Sequence record: OQ031493.1
Direction: 5' to 3' (one strand)
Length of the DNA stretch: 64,000 bases
The notes beneath the pieces are model-generated. The model was not told where the DNA came from and did no database searches. It worked only from the letters and a program-made list of their open reading frames with translations. Positions 53,350 to 63,997 of the stretch are shown in pieces (position 1 is the stretch's first letter; each line of letters begins with the position of its first letter). The position numbers and the translations under genes were made by a program.

Positions 53350-54979
53350 ATTTAGGATTGATTTGAGCAGGTTGAGCTACAGGATGTTGATACGGTTGCA
53401 TGTTAACCGGCTGACCACTACTGTTTAGAATGTTTTGTTGAGTCTTAGTTGGGATAACATTCTTAACAAGATAGGTAAGGTCATTAGAGATCATAGCCGG
53501 TGCAGATGCATCCCGAGTAATGACTGGACTAAACAGACTATCAATGAAGGTCGGTGCGATGAATCGTTCTACCGATTCATGATTTAGACTGATATCAATA
53601 ACAGTATCACCAGCTAAGTCAGAGTGCATGGAAATTTTAAACGGAATCTGGTTACCATAAGAGATACTGTTAATCGCATCGGTAATAAGACGACGTTCAA
53701 AGTCATTAATCTGTGGAGTCATATCAATTCCATCCATGATACTCCTGGTACCATTTGGATGCATTTCGAATAGATAGTTATTCGCTCCATGTCCATTTGT
53801 AATTGCAAAGGAGGTTACCCGGAAATAGTTATCCATCATGATTGCTGGAACTACTTGTGCAAGTAGAGATGCTGCAACAGTGTGATGATCTGCACCACCC
53901 CAATGCATGGAATGCTCTGCTCGGTTAACGAAGCGTTGAGAATTACCATTATCCATACCAGCTTTAACTACACCATCAACCAGTAGTTCAGGGAATACTC
54001 GTTGTAGGTCAGCCAGTGTAACAAAGCCACGTTCCATGTAATTGCAGCGTTCTTTTAGAATGCGCATGAACATATTGGAATGGATATCTTGATTTCGAAG
54101 TACAGCAGATGCATCGCCTAGCATCACTTCATCAGAGACACCTCCAAAGATATTATCGTTATCATTATTAGCCATCTCAGCTTCTTTAACAGAATGCTGC
54201 CATGCATTAAGAGTACTAGATAGATAACGAGTAGGAGAAGTATCACGGCGATTTGAATATTGGAAAGTGCCTGCTTCACCAACACTGGAGCGTTGGTCAA
54301 TGATCCGGTCAAATACGCCTTGATGTAGTCCAGTTGATTCAATGCGTTTAGCTACTTGCATCGTTTGCTGAATTTGGAAAACATCTTCTGGTCGTTGGAG
54401 ATATGATGAAGTTCCAGTATACATGCTAAACCCGTTCTGAGGGATAGTAATATCACTCATGATATCGACGGGTGCAAGGATCTGGTTAGAACCTAGGATA
54501 TGTGCTTGTTTGACTACACCGAACTCAGTTGGTCGTTGGCGCTCTACAATAACAGTTTCACTATTAAAATAGATACGCATGTTAGGATCTAGACTATTGC
54601 TAAGCGGACTAATAGAGCAATGGTCAGAGCAACCAAATAGAATCCGGCAAGTACGGGTATTACCAAAGAAACGGTTATTCTCCCATACTTTCATCATGAA
54701 CCTAAACCGGCGCTCACCCCAACCATTGACGATAGGGACTTCACCTTGAGTTTGAGCACGTGGTGCAATCACATCAGCTGCAATTTGCTGCACAGCTGCA
54801 ACACCTAGATTACGACCATCATTAGTTGCTTCTTTTAAACGTTCAATAGAGTTCTCAGTGACCTCTACCGTAAATGGTCGAACATGCTCAGGTTGATAAG
54901 TACCAGTCTGTACTAGAATGAATGATTCAATCTGTACTTCAGTATTACCACCCATTGCTGAATTATTAAAACCTAACAT
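53306..54979 (-). CDS. gp69-like protein (PicA/Imp1 nuclear-import factor position)
   Basis: 557 aa; sits between the gp68-like and gp70-like genes; identity rests on synteny and size, not on a motif. Confidence 0.6.
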   Translation of the reverse strand: MLGFNNSAMGGNTEVQIESFILVQTGTYQPEHVRPFTVEVTENSIERLKEATNDGRNLGVAAVQQIAADVIAPRAQTQGEVPIVNGWGERRFRFMMKVWENNRFFGNTRTCRILFGCSDHCSISPLSNSLDPNMRIYFNSETVIVERQRPTEFGVVKQAHILGSNQILAPVDIMSDITIPQNGFSMYTGTSSYLQRPEDVFQIQQTMQVAKRIESTGLHQGVFDRIIDQRSSVGEAGTFQYSNRRDTSPTRYLSSTLNAWQHSVKEAEMANNDNDNIFGGVSDEVMLGDASAVLRNQDIHSNMFMRILKERCNYMERGFVTLADLQRVFPELLVDGVVKAGMDNGNSQRFVNRAEHSMHWGGADHHTVAASLLAQVVPAIMMDNYFRVTSFAITNGHGANNYLFEMHPNGTRSIMDGIDMTPQINDFERRLITDAINSISYGNQIPFKISMHSDLAGDTVIDISLNHESVERFIAPTFIDSLFSPVITRDASAPAMISNDLTYLVKNVIPTKTQQNILNSSGQPVNMQPYQHPVAQPAQINPKFGDNNAYDFSFQVL

Positions 54980-54995
54980 AGAACTACCTCAATTA

Positions 54996-56561
54996 TTACT
55001 GATTAAGTTTACCCAGATGAATTACCAGTTCGGTGATCACCGACTTAATTGTGGCCGGTACAACAAGGACTTTATTCTGAGTTACCTGTTCTGCTTCTTT
55101 GAATAAACGATCGGGTCCATGATAGATCCAGTTACTAGATCTAATGGATGCATGTGCAGATTGCACAGCAATGCCCGCAATATTTACAGGTGCTACTGGA
55201 ACACCGTTAATAGCTCGTTGTTGTCGCTGATGTGGATAAAGTTCATCCATCACATCCTTATATTTAATTTGAATACGTGTACTATTACGTGGTTGAATGG
55301 ACATTGCATGATCACCACTATAATACAATTCTACTTGCATAAATACAGCAACTTGTTGGAAACCCCAATGCCACATTAGTGACTGAGCTGCTGCCAACAA
55401 ATGGTTAACTGCATTCTTATTAATGTGGCTGAATGCTCTTGCAGGAAAAGCTTTGTGCATTACCCATTGCGCAAGTAATATCTGGTGTGGATAGATATCT
55501 TTAGTAGCTGTAACTGCAACGCAATCTAGACATTCCTGAATTAACTCTAGTGGGACAGTGTCATCGATTTTGTGAACAAGTTTAACTACATCAAGAGCAT
55601 CTAAGTTATAAGCTACGATATCACCAGGAGTAACTCGCTGTTTAGTTTTATGCGATTCGATAAATGATGTTTTATCATCATCATCAATACCACCTTTATC
55701 TGGCCGTTTATCATTAACCCGGTCAGCAGTTGATCGTTCCGCAGGGTTTAGATTTGACTTAACATATCTAAACATATTTGAAACGATGGAATGTGAGGTG
55801 ACATCGTTTAATGGTAGGATGGTTAATCGCCTAACCATAACTTTAGCCTGTAAGATATCCGGCACTTCAGCTGAACTCATACCCCTATAAAGGTTGGCTA
55901 AGGTGGGTGCTTCATCTTCTACACAAAACTTAACATATGCACTTAGCTTATCATAAGCTGTTTCTACTGGAGTTCCATCGATTGATATTTCATCAACAGG
56001 CCAATGGTTAACCTCACAATCCGAGATGAGACTAATTACTTCACACTCTTTATGCATTTCCTGAGAAGTGCCCTGATCAATAAACTCGCCCCAAATAGGT
56101 ACTAAAGGACGAAGAGCTAGTGATACAGATGCAAGGTTAATATAGTCATGTTTCAGATATGTTTGATCTGGTCGATTATATCGTGAATCATCAGTGATAA
56201 CTTCTTCAATATCTACTGGAATATAAAGTTTACCAATAGTTAGTAGCCATCGCCGAAAACTGTTCATCGGCATGGCTTTATACATCTCTTTGATGTAATA
56301 GGATAGACTCATTGCAATCCTCATCGGATCCATAGCCATATCCATGATCTTACGAATTTCTACATAACAATTCCAGATATGTTGTTGTGTCTCAGCACTT
56401 AGGCCACTCCAATAATCATTGATTTCTTGGAATACGCGTTGTTGATCTTGTACACGGATTTTACTATAAGCCGTAGTTGTCCAAGTTAAACGTTTACCAT
56501 TGTGTTCTGTAGCCACTTCAGTAAAACCAGTACCTTGAACTCCTGTAACGATGATTTGCAT
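54996..56561 (-). CDS. non-virion RNA polymerase fifth (sigma-like) subunit, gp68-like
   Basis: Start moved to MQIIVTG (GAGG SD); 521 aa; synteny with the nvRNAP genes. Confidence 0.75.
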   Translation of the reverse strand: MQIIVTGVQGTGFTEVATEHNGKRLTWTTTAYSKIRVQDQQRVFQEINDYWSGLSAETQQHIWNCYVEIRKIMDMAMDPMRIAMSLSYYIKEMYKAMPMNSFRRWLLTIGKLYIPVDIEEVITDDSRYNRPDQTYLKHDYINLASVSLALRPLVPIWGEFIDQGTSQEMHKECEVISLISDCEVNHWPVDEISIDGTPVETAYDKLSAYVKFCVEDEAPTLANLYRGMSSAEVPDILQAKVMVRRLTILPLNDVTSHSIVSNMFRYVKSNLNPAERSTADRVNDKRPDKGGIDDDDKTSFIESHKTKQRVTPGDIVAYNLDALDVVKLVHKIDDTVPLELIQECLDCVAVTATKDIYPHQILLAQWVMHKAFPARAFSHINKNAVNHLLAAAQSLMWHWGFQQVAVFMQVELYYSGDHAMSIQPRNSTRIQIKYKDVMDELYPHQRQQRAINGVPVAPVNIAGIAVQSAHASIRSSNWIYHGPDRLFKEAEQVTQNKVLVVPATIKSVITELVIHLGKLNQ

Positions 56562-56594
56562 TTTAACCTCTTTTACCAATGTAGATACATGTTA

Positions 56595-56614
56595 GTAATA
56601 TAGATCTCAAATTT
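56595..56614 (-). promoter_or_regulatory. early-type promoter
   Basis: - strand AAATTTGAGATCTATATTAC upstream of the gp68-like gene. Confidence 0.6.
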
Positions 56615-56686
56615 TTTTTAGTATAACGGTATTTAGTGCTGAGGGCATATCGGTGCCTACTTCGAGAGTAAGCACCGAAATATGTT

Positions 56687-57427
56687 TTAGAAGGAAGGCA
56701 TATCCTCATCAAAAGCTGAGTCATTATAACTATTATTAGCCGGCTTAGCATAACTATTATTGCCACCGTTGTTATAGTTATTGCGCTGACCACCGTTATT
56801 GTAACCACCGCTATTACCATTACCCTGATTGAAATTAGCAGGGTTAGATACACCTTTAGCATCTGGATCGAATTCAGTTACTAGAAGATGCATTACTAGT
56901 TTATATGCGGGGTCTAGGAAACCGTATGCATAAGCATCAGACATTTCCTTAGGTGATAGCTGACTACCATCTGCTTTGCGGATATCATGGAATTGGGACG
57001 GGCCAAAGAAGAATTTGATCTTTGGACGATCAGGTTGAGTGCTCAGCACTGCGATGTAAATTCGACCATCTTGTGCACGGCCAACATGTAGCTTAGAAAG
57101 CTCAATAAAATTATCACGCTTTTTACCAGCTACGAAGTTATTGCGGTAAACAAAGACGCGTTCAGTATCTTCAGTTTTACCTTCAATTAAGTCCATTGCA
57201 AACTTAATGAAACATGCAAAGGTTGCTAGGTCAGTATTGAACTCAATTTTACCATGGTCTTTATCACCAGGTACATTAGTACGAACAGTAACCCGTGGTT
57301 GGTTTTTAAACAGACCAAATCGTAGCGTCGGTCGTTTTTGAGAACCCTCACATGGTTTGGCATGTAGCCAAGTATTCATTACGTTAAAAGGGTTAACTAC
57401 GGGTGCATTAGGCTGCTGTTGTGACAT
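56687..57427 (-). CDS. gp67-like protein with SSB-type architecture
   Basis: Beta-rich core, G/N-rich linker, acidic-aromatic tip DSAFDEDMPSF. Confidence 0.6.
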   Translation of the reverse strand: MSQQQPNAPVVNPFNVMNTWLHAKPCEGSQKRPTLRFGLFKNQPRVTVRTNVPGDKDHGKIEFNTDLATFACFIKFAMDLIEGKTEDTERVFVYRNNFVAGKKRDNFIELSKLHVGRAQDGRIYIAVLSTQPDRPKIKFFFGPSQFHDIRKADGSQLSPKEMSDAYAYGFLDPAYKLVMHLLVTEFDPDAKGVSNPANFNQGNGNSGGYNNGGQRNNYNNGGNNSYAKPANNSYNDSAFDEDMPSF

Positions 57428-57513
57428 GATGTGATAACTCCAAATTAAAACTAGATTCTTTTAACTAGATGGGAAATGATTTCTACGTAATATTATCGCA
57501 ACAAGTATTTCTT

Positions 57514-58344
57514 CTATTTGAATTTCTTGTATGCTTCTTTTAACTCTTTAGAACCATAAGCAGTAATGTCATGATGAACTTTATCTGGTGTTGTTAATCC
57601 TGTCCATTTTCTAGATTGTGCCAATTGTTTTAATTGCGCACGAATAGCTTTGTCTTGTGGTTCAAGTAATTGTTTATCGCCAAATATCTGTATAGCAAAT
57701 GATGTAAAAGGAAATGGAGTATCTTCTTTTAAACCATTTAGTTTAGTATACCACATGTTGTATGTCTTTATTTTACCCGTATGGGATTCCAATAAAAGAA
57801 GTCTATTAAAATGGGGTTTCCATAATAGTTCATGTGGGAAATGGGTTAATAGTAAAACAGTACCTTCAACCTTTGGAGGTTTATTAGATATTTCCATTGT
57901 AGTTAAATCTGTATCTTTTAACTTCTGGTATAGTTCAATTGATACAAATCGTTCATAAACATCATAAGCTAATTGTTGCGGTGTTCGTGATACTTTAAAT
58001 GTAGCTTTAGGGAATAACCACTTCACTGCATCTCGACCAGTAATGTAATATTTTACAGTTGCTTTTATCCCCGATTGCCGTAAAGCAACCGGGATTGTTT
58101 GTGCTTCTTGAAATAAAACATCGACTGCTGCAACCAAGTTAATATTAGTTTGTTGTTCAGACTTCATAGCCTGCCACATATTTCTTGCAAGAGTACGGAC
58201 ATTAATCCATATTTCTTTAATAGACTTAACATCAGTTGGTTGTCTAGGCTTTTGTGGATGTGTTCCTATAAGCCCTTCGAGAGCAAAAGAAGTTCCAATG
58301 CTAATCGGAATATTAGCACCTACATCTCTCTCGATAATATCCAT
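57514..58344 (-). CDS. conserved protein, gp66-like
   Basis: 276 aa; ISIGTSFALE and LLLLESHTGKIK; synteny. Confidence 0.65.
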   Translation of the reverse strand: MDIIERDVGANIPISIGTSFALEGLIGTHPQKPRQPTDVKSIKEIWINVRTLARNMWQAMKSEQQTNINLVAAVDVLFQEAQTIPVALRQSGIKATVKYYITGRDAVKWLFPKATFKVSRTPQQLAYDVYERFVSIELYQKLKDTDLTTMEISNKPPKVEGTVLLLTHFPHELLWKPHFNRLLLLESHTGKIKTYNMWYTKLNGLKEDTPFPFTSFAIQIFGDKQLLEPQDKAIRAQLKQLAQSRKWTGLTTPDKVHHDITAYGSKELKEAYKKFK

Positions 58345-58356
58345 TATTATTGCCTT

Positions 58357-59523
58357 TTATTTGAACTCTGTCAATAATCCCAATACCCGCTGGATCTGAG
58401 CAGCGTCCGCTGTAAATTTTTCAATATCTGGAATAATTAAATCAGAAATACTTTCTGGAGTTATATCCAAAAATTCTGATAAATCAAAATTCTTTAGGCT
58501 ATCTGACACAGTATTTTTCTTTGTAGTAACTTTTTCAATTAAGATACTCCATGAAAAATTAGGATATTCATTTTGAAATGTATCGAGATCACCAGTAGCT
58601 ACATCACCTGGATTACATCTTAACCTAATTGCAGAGTTAGTTGGTAGTGTCTTGATATGTTCTTTAACAGTGTAATTAAGTTGCTTAGTATCCATTCCAT
58701 GGACATTCAAAGTATCATATCTACGCGCACCCTTATTCTCAAGGAATGTAGCAGTCCATTCGCCATTTTCTTTCACCACAACATCAAATAATCCTTTTGG
58801 AATTTCATCGTTGTGACTTAATCGGTCAAATCCACCGGCAGCTAAAATGCGTTCATAGATAGACATCTCATGAACATGTCCACCATTGATCATATATTTA
58901 GTTAATGCTAAATATTCATCTGGATCATGTGTTGGCTCTTCAACAATGCTAGGTAGCTGGTGTTTAAATGCACCATGTAAAATAGTAAAGTCAACTTGAG
59001 ATATACCTTTCTTATGCATTAAATCTTTTACTTGATTTAAAGTCTCTGATGTGGATGGATTCCATTTATCAGGGACATAAAGGAAATATGCATCTAGTTT
59101 CTCAATATACTCGATATCGAGAATCTTTGAATAATGCAAATCAACTTTAATATTAGCATTATTCTTTTGTTCTACGAAAAACTGCATTTGCCCACGATCG
59201 TGTGATGGAGTCCCTTCAACAATACGGATCATTACATTATACATTTCACATTTGTAGAGAAGTATTGTAATAAATCTATCAATTGCGTATGCAGCTGGAT
59301 CACCATTGTTTAATTGGCGATCAAATAAATCCCCTGTAATAATCAACATATCAATATCTTTTAAAATTGTATCAGGGACAGTTTTCCAAAAGTTATTGAT
59401 GATTAATTCAGTAGGGGTTTGGCGATGCCCCATATGGACATCGCCTACTGTTAAATATCGAAATATGCCAGGTTTCTTTGTTTTATCAGTCTTCATATTC
59501 GTCACCGTAAACACATTCATCAT
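58357..59523 (-). CDS. sbcD: SbcD/Mre11-like metallophosphoesterase nuclease, gp65-like
   Basis: GDVH, GDLFD, GTPSHD, HG and GHVH motifs. Confidence 0.9.
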   Translation of the reverse strand: MMNVFTVTNMKTDKTKKPGIFRYLTVGDVHMGHRQTPTELIINNFWKTVPDTILKDIDMLIITGDLFDRQLNNGDPAAYAIDRFITILLYKCEMYNVMIRIVEGTPSHDRGQMQFFVEQKNNANIKVDLHYSKILDIEYIEKLDAYFLYVPDKWNPSTSETLNQVKDLMHKKGISQVDFTILHGAFKHQLPSIVEEPTHDPDEYLALTKYMINGGHVHEMSIYERILAAGGFDRLSHNDEIPKGLFDVVVKENGEWTATFLENKGARRYDTLNVHGMDTKQLNYTVKEHIKTLPTNSAIRLRCNPGDVATGDLDTFQNEYPNFSWSILIEKVTTKKNTVSDSLKNFDLSEFLDITPESISDLIIPDIEKFTADAAQIQRVLGLLTEFK

Positions 59524-60118
59524 TCTCAGGTGTATCTACTTGCACACCTCCAGATTTAGATGAAGATGCGTTCGGTAACTCATATAACGGAGTACCATCA
59601 GTATTTTTTAATACCCGACCATATGCTGCTAAGATTTGGATTAACACTTGTAGAAGTTGTTTTTCTAATGGTTCATTATAAATACACCGCTCTAGGAATT
59701 GAGCCGCTTCTTTAGCAAACCCACCACGTGGATTACGGTTATGTTCTTTATTATAATAATCCATTACGTTAGAAATGCTAGCAACATTCTCACCAGATGA
59801 GATTGCAACACTTGGACGAGGATAGAGTGCTGGAACTGTAAAAAGCACAACTGCTTCTTTGGTATTTACACTTGCTACGCGTAACGGATTTGATAGCTCA
59901 CGAACATATTTACGATATTCATCTAATGCACCAGGTGCCCATGGACATTCAAGTAACGGTAATATATTCTTTACAAAAACGTCCTCATGAACAATAGGTA
60001 TCTCTTTCTGATGAATGCTAACCATGGCTTGCATTGCATCCATGATCATGTTATCGCTATCTGTAACTCTAGTGTTCGGTTCCGGAGTTGCCATCTTCTT
60101 TACCCATAACTTGTTCAA
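59486..60118 (-). CDS. conserved hypothetical protein
   Basis: About 202-210 aa (likely start MATPEP); FVKNILPLL and LFTVPALY. Confidence 0.65.
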   Translation of the reverse strand: MNKLWVKKMATPEPNTRVTDSDNMIMDAMQAMVSIHQKEIPIVHEDVFVKNILPLLECPWAPGALDEYRKYVRELSNPLRVASVNTKEAVVLFTVPALYPRPSVAISSGENVASISNVMDYYNKEHNRNPRGGFAKEAAQFLERCIYNEPLEKQLLQVLIQILAAYGRVLKNTDGTPLYELPNASSSKSGGVQVDTPENDECVYGDEYED

Positions 60119-60626
60119 TCTGTTGTTTAGTCAGAGTAGTGATGATATTAAAACGAGCTTCTTCTTTATTTTCCATTAGTTGAGGATTACTATTTAGGTA
60201 ATCAATCAACGCATCGCAGTTTTCAGTAGTGAACTTATTAGGCGTTCCAACAGTAGCAAACATATAACCTTTATCACCGCCCTTACGAACAATGACTGAT
60301 TCCATATGTTCTTTCTGATTAACCCCATCTACTTCAGCTAGTGAGAATACTGGTTTAGTATCACCATGGATAGCTCGCAATGCGTCATCAACTTCATGCC
60401 GAATACTTTCACCCATATTGCAAAGAATATCTGCAAGAACTCGACTAACGCGAATATTAAATGTTGCAGTTTCTTCAGCTTTAGCTTTTACCAATTGTTG
60501 GAAAGCCTCATCTACAACATTAGCATGTTTTGTTAGATTCCTAACTGTTACTTCTAGCATATGAATTCGTTTTAATAGCATGGAGTTCATAGCTTCGCTT
60601 TCATTTTTCTCAACTTCACTAGTCAT
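60069..60626 (-). CDS. hypothetical coiled-coil protein
   Basis: 185 aa; operon-packed. Confidence 0.65.
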   Translation of the reverse strand: MTSEVEKNESEAMNSMLLKRIHMLEVTVRNLTKHANVVDEAFQQLVKAKAEETATFNIRVSRVLADILCNMGESIRHEVDDALRAIHGDTKPVFSLAEVDGVNQKEHMESVIVRKGGDKGYMFATVGTPNKFTTENCDALIDYLNSNPQLMENKEEARFNIITTLTKQQIEQVMGKEDGNSGTEH

Positions 60627-61064
<438 letters not shown>

Positions 61065-61077
61065 TTAAGTTAAGATG

Positions 61078-61094
61078 GGAGCCAAATGGCTCCC
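61078..61094. terminator. hairpin, probable terminator
   Basis: GGGAGCC/GGCTCCC stem. Confidence 0.55.
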
Positions 61095-61130
61095 TTTATA
61101 TTGCTTGATACATACAGTTAAATACTTACA

Positions 61131-61595
61131 TTAACTAGCATATAAATATTTACTTGCAATTAATTCAATGTGATATACGATAACAGCACCTTCTTTTTTC
61201 TTGAGTGTGCTTGTTAAAACGATATCGTGTTCAGTAACACATGCATGTACACTAATGGGTTTGGTAGTAATTTCACTACTTGTCCCTGAAAAATGAGTTG
61301 TAGCTACATATAACTGGGTATCATCAACTAACCCATTTGGATCCCTACCAACATGTACAAATGGTGGCCTGCTAGAAACATTAGGATGGTCGTCTTTAAT
61401 AACAAGATGACCATCTTCAGATGGGTAAGCATAGTCATATCCAGTTACATAGATACGTAGAGCGCCATTCTTAAATGCTTCTTTAAGATAAGAATATTCT
61501 TCAAAATTAAAACGAATTGAATCAACCACAGCAGTAGTTAATTTAAGAATAGGGTGTAGTGGCCTTGATGAGTTATTATTCTTAATTAATAGCAT
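61131..61595 (-). CDS. hypothetical protein
   Basis: Start moved to MLLIK (AAGGAA SD). Confidence 0.6.
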   Translation of the reverse strand: MLLIKNNNSSRPLHPILKLTTAVVDSIRFNFEEYSYLKEAFKNGALRIYVTGYDYAYPSEDGHLVIKDDHPNVSSRPPFVHVGRDPNGLVDDTQLYVATTHFSGTSSEITTKPISVHACVTEHDIVLTSTLKKKEGAVIVYHIELIASKYLYAS

Positions 61596-61917
61596 CGGTA
61601 TTTTCCTTAACGTAAAAAGCAATATGTGGATGGTTCCACAATGGACTCTCATCACAAAAACTATAACTATGTATTTCCTCGCCAGTATCTAATTTAATAG
61701 AGACCACTTCACCTTCAATGACTGTGAAAATAAATTTAGTATCAGGTGAAACATAATCACCAGTTACATAGTCATTATCGGGAAGATACAATAGTCGTGT
61801 TTGATTATCGTATTTAAGTTCTATTCCATCTGTACTATTAAAGTACATATATCCCGTACCATCTGGACTTTTTTGAAACATCTTTAGTTTATTTGGTACG
61901 AGTAGATCAATTGACAT
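61582..61917 (-). CDS. hypothetical protein (111 aa)
   Basis: AGGAGAG SD. Confidence 0.7.
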   Translation of the reverse strand: MSIDLLVPNKLKMFQKSPDGTGYMYFNSTDGIELKYDNQTRLLYLPDNDYVTGDYVSPDTKFIFTVIEGEVVSIKLDTGEEIHSYSFCDESPLWNHPHIAFYVKENTDAIN

Positions 61918-61968
61918 AGATCTCTCCTAAACGATAGAAGAGAGCCCCATGTAGGGACTCTCATTTAT

Positions 61969-62580
61969 TTAACCTAGAAGATTACCTACGACTGAAGTTG
62001 GATCTTCTTCACCTGCGTCCAGATGTTCATCAATAGCATTCCACATACGGATGATGTCAACTTTCTCGTGCAGACTAAGTTTACGATCGCTCTTGATATC
62101 TTCGTGATAGTTTTTATAACCGAATTCTTTCTTATCGGTATACATAACTCCATCCATCACGCGGCGATAATCAAACTGTCGTTCACCTACAGCATCACCT
62201 TGGATGTTATTATAAGAACCACCATATCCATCAACTTCATTATTAAGATACATAGTTCTTAGACGCTCATGCGCCATAACCCAACGTTGCATAATTGGAC
62301 CAGCTGTTTGTAGTTCAGCTAATGTCTCAAGATACACAATGTTGTTCGACTGCCATAAGTTATCTTTCTTTGTGGTCAGATTCCGCAGTGCTTGAACAGC
62401 AGCTGATTCACTAATCATACTGTACATATTTTGAGCAGTATTAAAAAAGCTAGCAGCAGCAGTTGACATAGTTGAACGAAGTGCCTGACTACGCTCACCC
62501 AACCATTGAGTTGTTTGCTGTGTAAGATGGCCACCTGCACAGATGTCCAAGAGGTCTACACCATGTGCATCTACAATCAT
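61969..62580 (-). CDS. conserved phiKZ-like protein (gp59 position)
   Basis: VDLLDICAGGHL N-terminus and FDYRRVMDG; GAGGTG SD. Confidence 0.65.
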   Translation of the reverse strand: MIVDAHGVDLLDICAGGHLTQQTTQWLGERSQALRSTMSTAAASFFNTAQNMYSMISESAAVQALRNLTTKKDNLWQSNNIVYLETLAELQTAGPIMQRWVMAHERLRTMYLNNEVDGYGGSYNNIQGDAVGERQFDYRRVMDGVMYTDKKEFGYKNYHEDIKSDRKLSLHEKVDIIRMWNAIDEHLDAGEEDPTSVVGNLLG

Positions 62581-62588
62581 TATACACC

Positions 62589-63014
62589 TCAGTTATTGGC
62601 CGTATATGACCAGCATAGATTAAACGGATGTTGCATAGGTAAGTTAAATGTATCTAGTTCCTGACCGATCCAATTGACAGCTTTTGTAACACCTTCAACA
62701 GTTACAGTTAATTCAACATGGATATCATGTTCAGGTGCAGTCACCACAATAGTGATTGGATCATCATGTTTAATACGGAATCCAAACTTAGGATGATGGA
62801 ATCCAGTATATTCACCTTTAGTATTTTCTAGAATACATTCAAATAGATTAGTTTCTTTATTAAGTTTAAATGTAACTAGTTTATCTGAATCTTTAAGTAA
62901 ACCATTATCCCCAAATACATTGAATCGATAATGCTTATGGCAGATACCAAGTGTTTTTGGTACATCATGGGAATTATCGATTTGCTTAGTACATTCGTTG
63001 CATTTACTATTCAT
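62589..63014 (-). CDS. hypothetical protein (141 aa)
   Basis: N-terminal CxxC...CxxH motif; AAGGTAA SD. Confidence 0.65.
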   Translation of the reverse strand: MNSKCNECTKQIDNSHDVPKTLGICHKHYRFNVFGDNGLLKDSDKLVTFKLNKETNLFECILENTKGEYTGFHHPKFGFRIKHDDPITIVVTAPEHDIHVELTVTVEGVTKAVNWIGQELDTFNLPMQHPFNLCWSYTANN

Positions 63015-63026
63015 CTTTATTTACCT

Positions 63027-63410
63027 TTAATAGATTTGTTTATCAAAAGAACAATTGATTGGAATAGTGATAACTTCATTAGTAATTACATGTTTACCTG
63101 TCTTTTTAAAGAATTGTGCAAATTTTGAAGTAGCTGGAATTACAAGGGTATCATCCCGATCATTATTTGACATATTGTAAAAAGTAAACTTACCGTCTAG
63201 GTTAAACCTAATGCACCACTTAATATTTCGTATTTTGAAATCTATACCAAATCTTAAATGACCATCAATCAATTCAGAACCACCGTATTCATAAGCTCCG
63301 GTGAAATTCCAATTAATTTCTGATAATTGGAAAGTTACAGGATGTTCGCCATATTCATCTTGTATGTAGTAACCATCATGAGCTTTCCAATAGATAACTA
63401 AATCATGCAT
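63027..63410 (-). CDS. hypothetical protein (127 aa)
   Basis: GAGG SD. Confidence 0.65.
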   Translation of the reverse strand: MHDLVIYWKAHDGYYIQDEYGEHPVTFQLSEINWNFTGAYEYGGSELIDGHLRFGIDFKIRNIKWCIRFNLDGKFTFYNMSNNDRDDTLVIPATSKFAQFFKKTGKHVITNEVITIPINCSFDKQIY

Positions 63411-63469
63411 ACTACTAGCCTCAAAGAATTAATAGGGGATTCAAACTCCCCTATTAATTTATTTTGCTT

Positions 63470-63658
63470 TTAATCATTAAGCTTAGAGATCATTTCGACA
63501 TATGCATCGACAAACCTTCTGTTTACCACTACATCACCATTCCCGCAAGTAATATATCTCTTAGTGAATACGGCTACCGATCTGGCTTCACGTTCATCTC
63601 ATTCGACTTGTGATAAACATTCCGGGTTACGTCGAATAATTTCACGAATATTAGACAT
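63470..63658 (-). pseudogene. 62-codon gene interrupted by one in-frame TGA (63599-63601)
   Basis: AAGGGG SD; reads MSNIREIIRRNPECLSQVE*DEREARSVAVFTKRYITCGNGDVVVNRRFVDAYVEMISKLND*; has its own promoter motif and terminator. Confidence 0.55.
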
Positions 63659-63689
63659 TGGGTATTCCCCTTATCACTATTGCATCTTA

Positions 63690-63708
63690 GTGATATAAAT
63701 CTGAAATT
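63690..63708 (-). promoter_or_regulatory. early-type promoter
   Basis: - strand AATTTCAGATTTATATCAC. Confidence 0.5.
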
Positions 63709-63799
63709 AAATCCAGTGGAACTTTACATCCATGGTTAGTCGCCGCCATAACAGGAAATAAAGCCCCCTACTACATAAATAGTAGGGGTAAGTTTATTA

Positions 63800-63997
63800 T
63801 TACGACTTCAACCATTCTTCTAATGGCGGTAAATACTTCTCATGCGCCCAGTTAATAATTGTTTCTACAACAGGACCCTGTAATTCAAGGTTACCTGAGA
63901 TTTCATGTGGTTCATCAATAGATAGAACCCATGTATGTGGAGCAATGCGTTCAGTTGCTTTGGTTAAATACACATCAGGCATTAACGTTAAATTCAA
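63800..63997 (-). CDS. hypothetical protein, probably 5'-truncated by the window end
   Basis: Frame runs to the window edge; followed by a hairpin at about 63765-63788. Confidence 0.5.
   Translation of the reverse strand: MNLTLMPDVYLTKATERIAPHTWVLSIDEPHEISGNLELQGPVVETIINWAHEKYLPPLEEWLKS

Noticed and set aside
61582-63410. Possible paralogy among the three small beta-rich proteins
   Set aside because: Only VTF.L and FG fragments match, which is too weak to support without a profile search.
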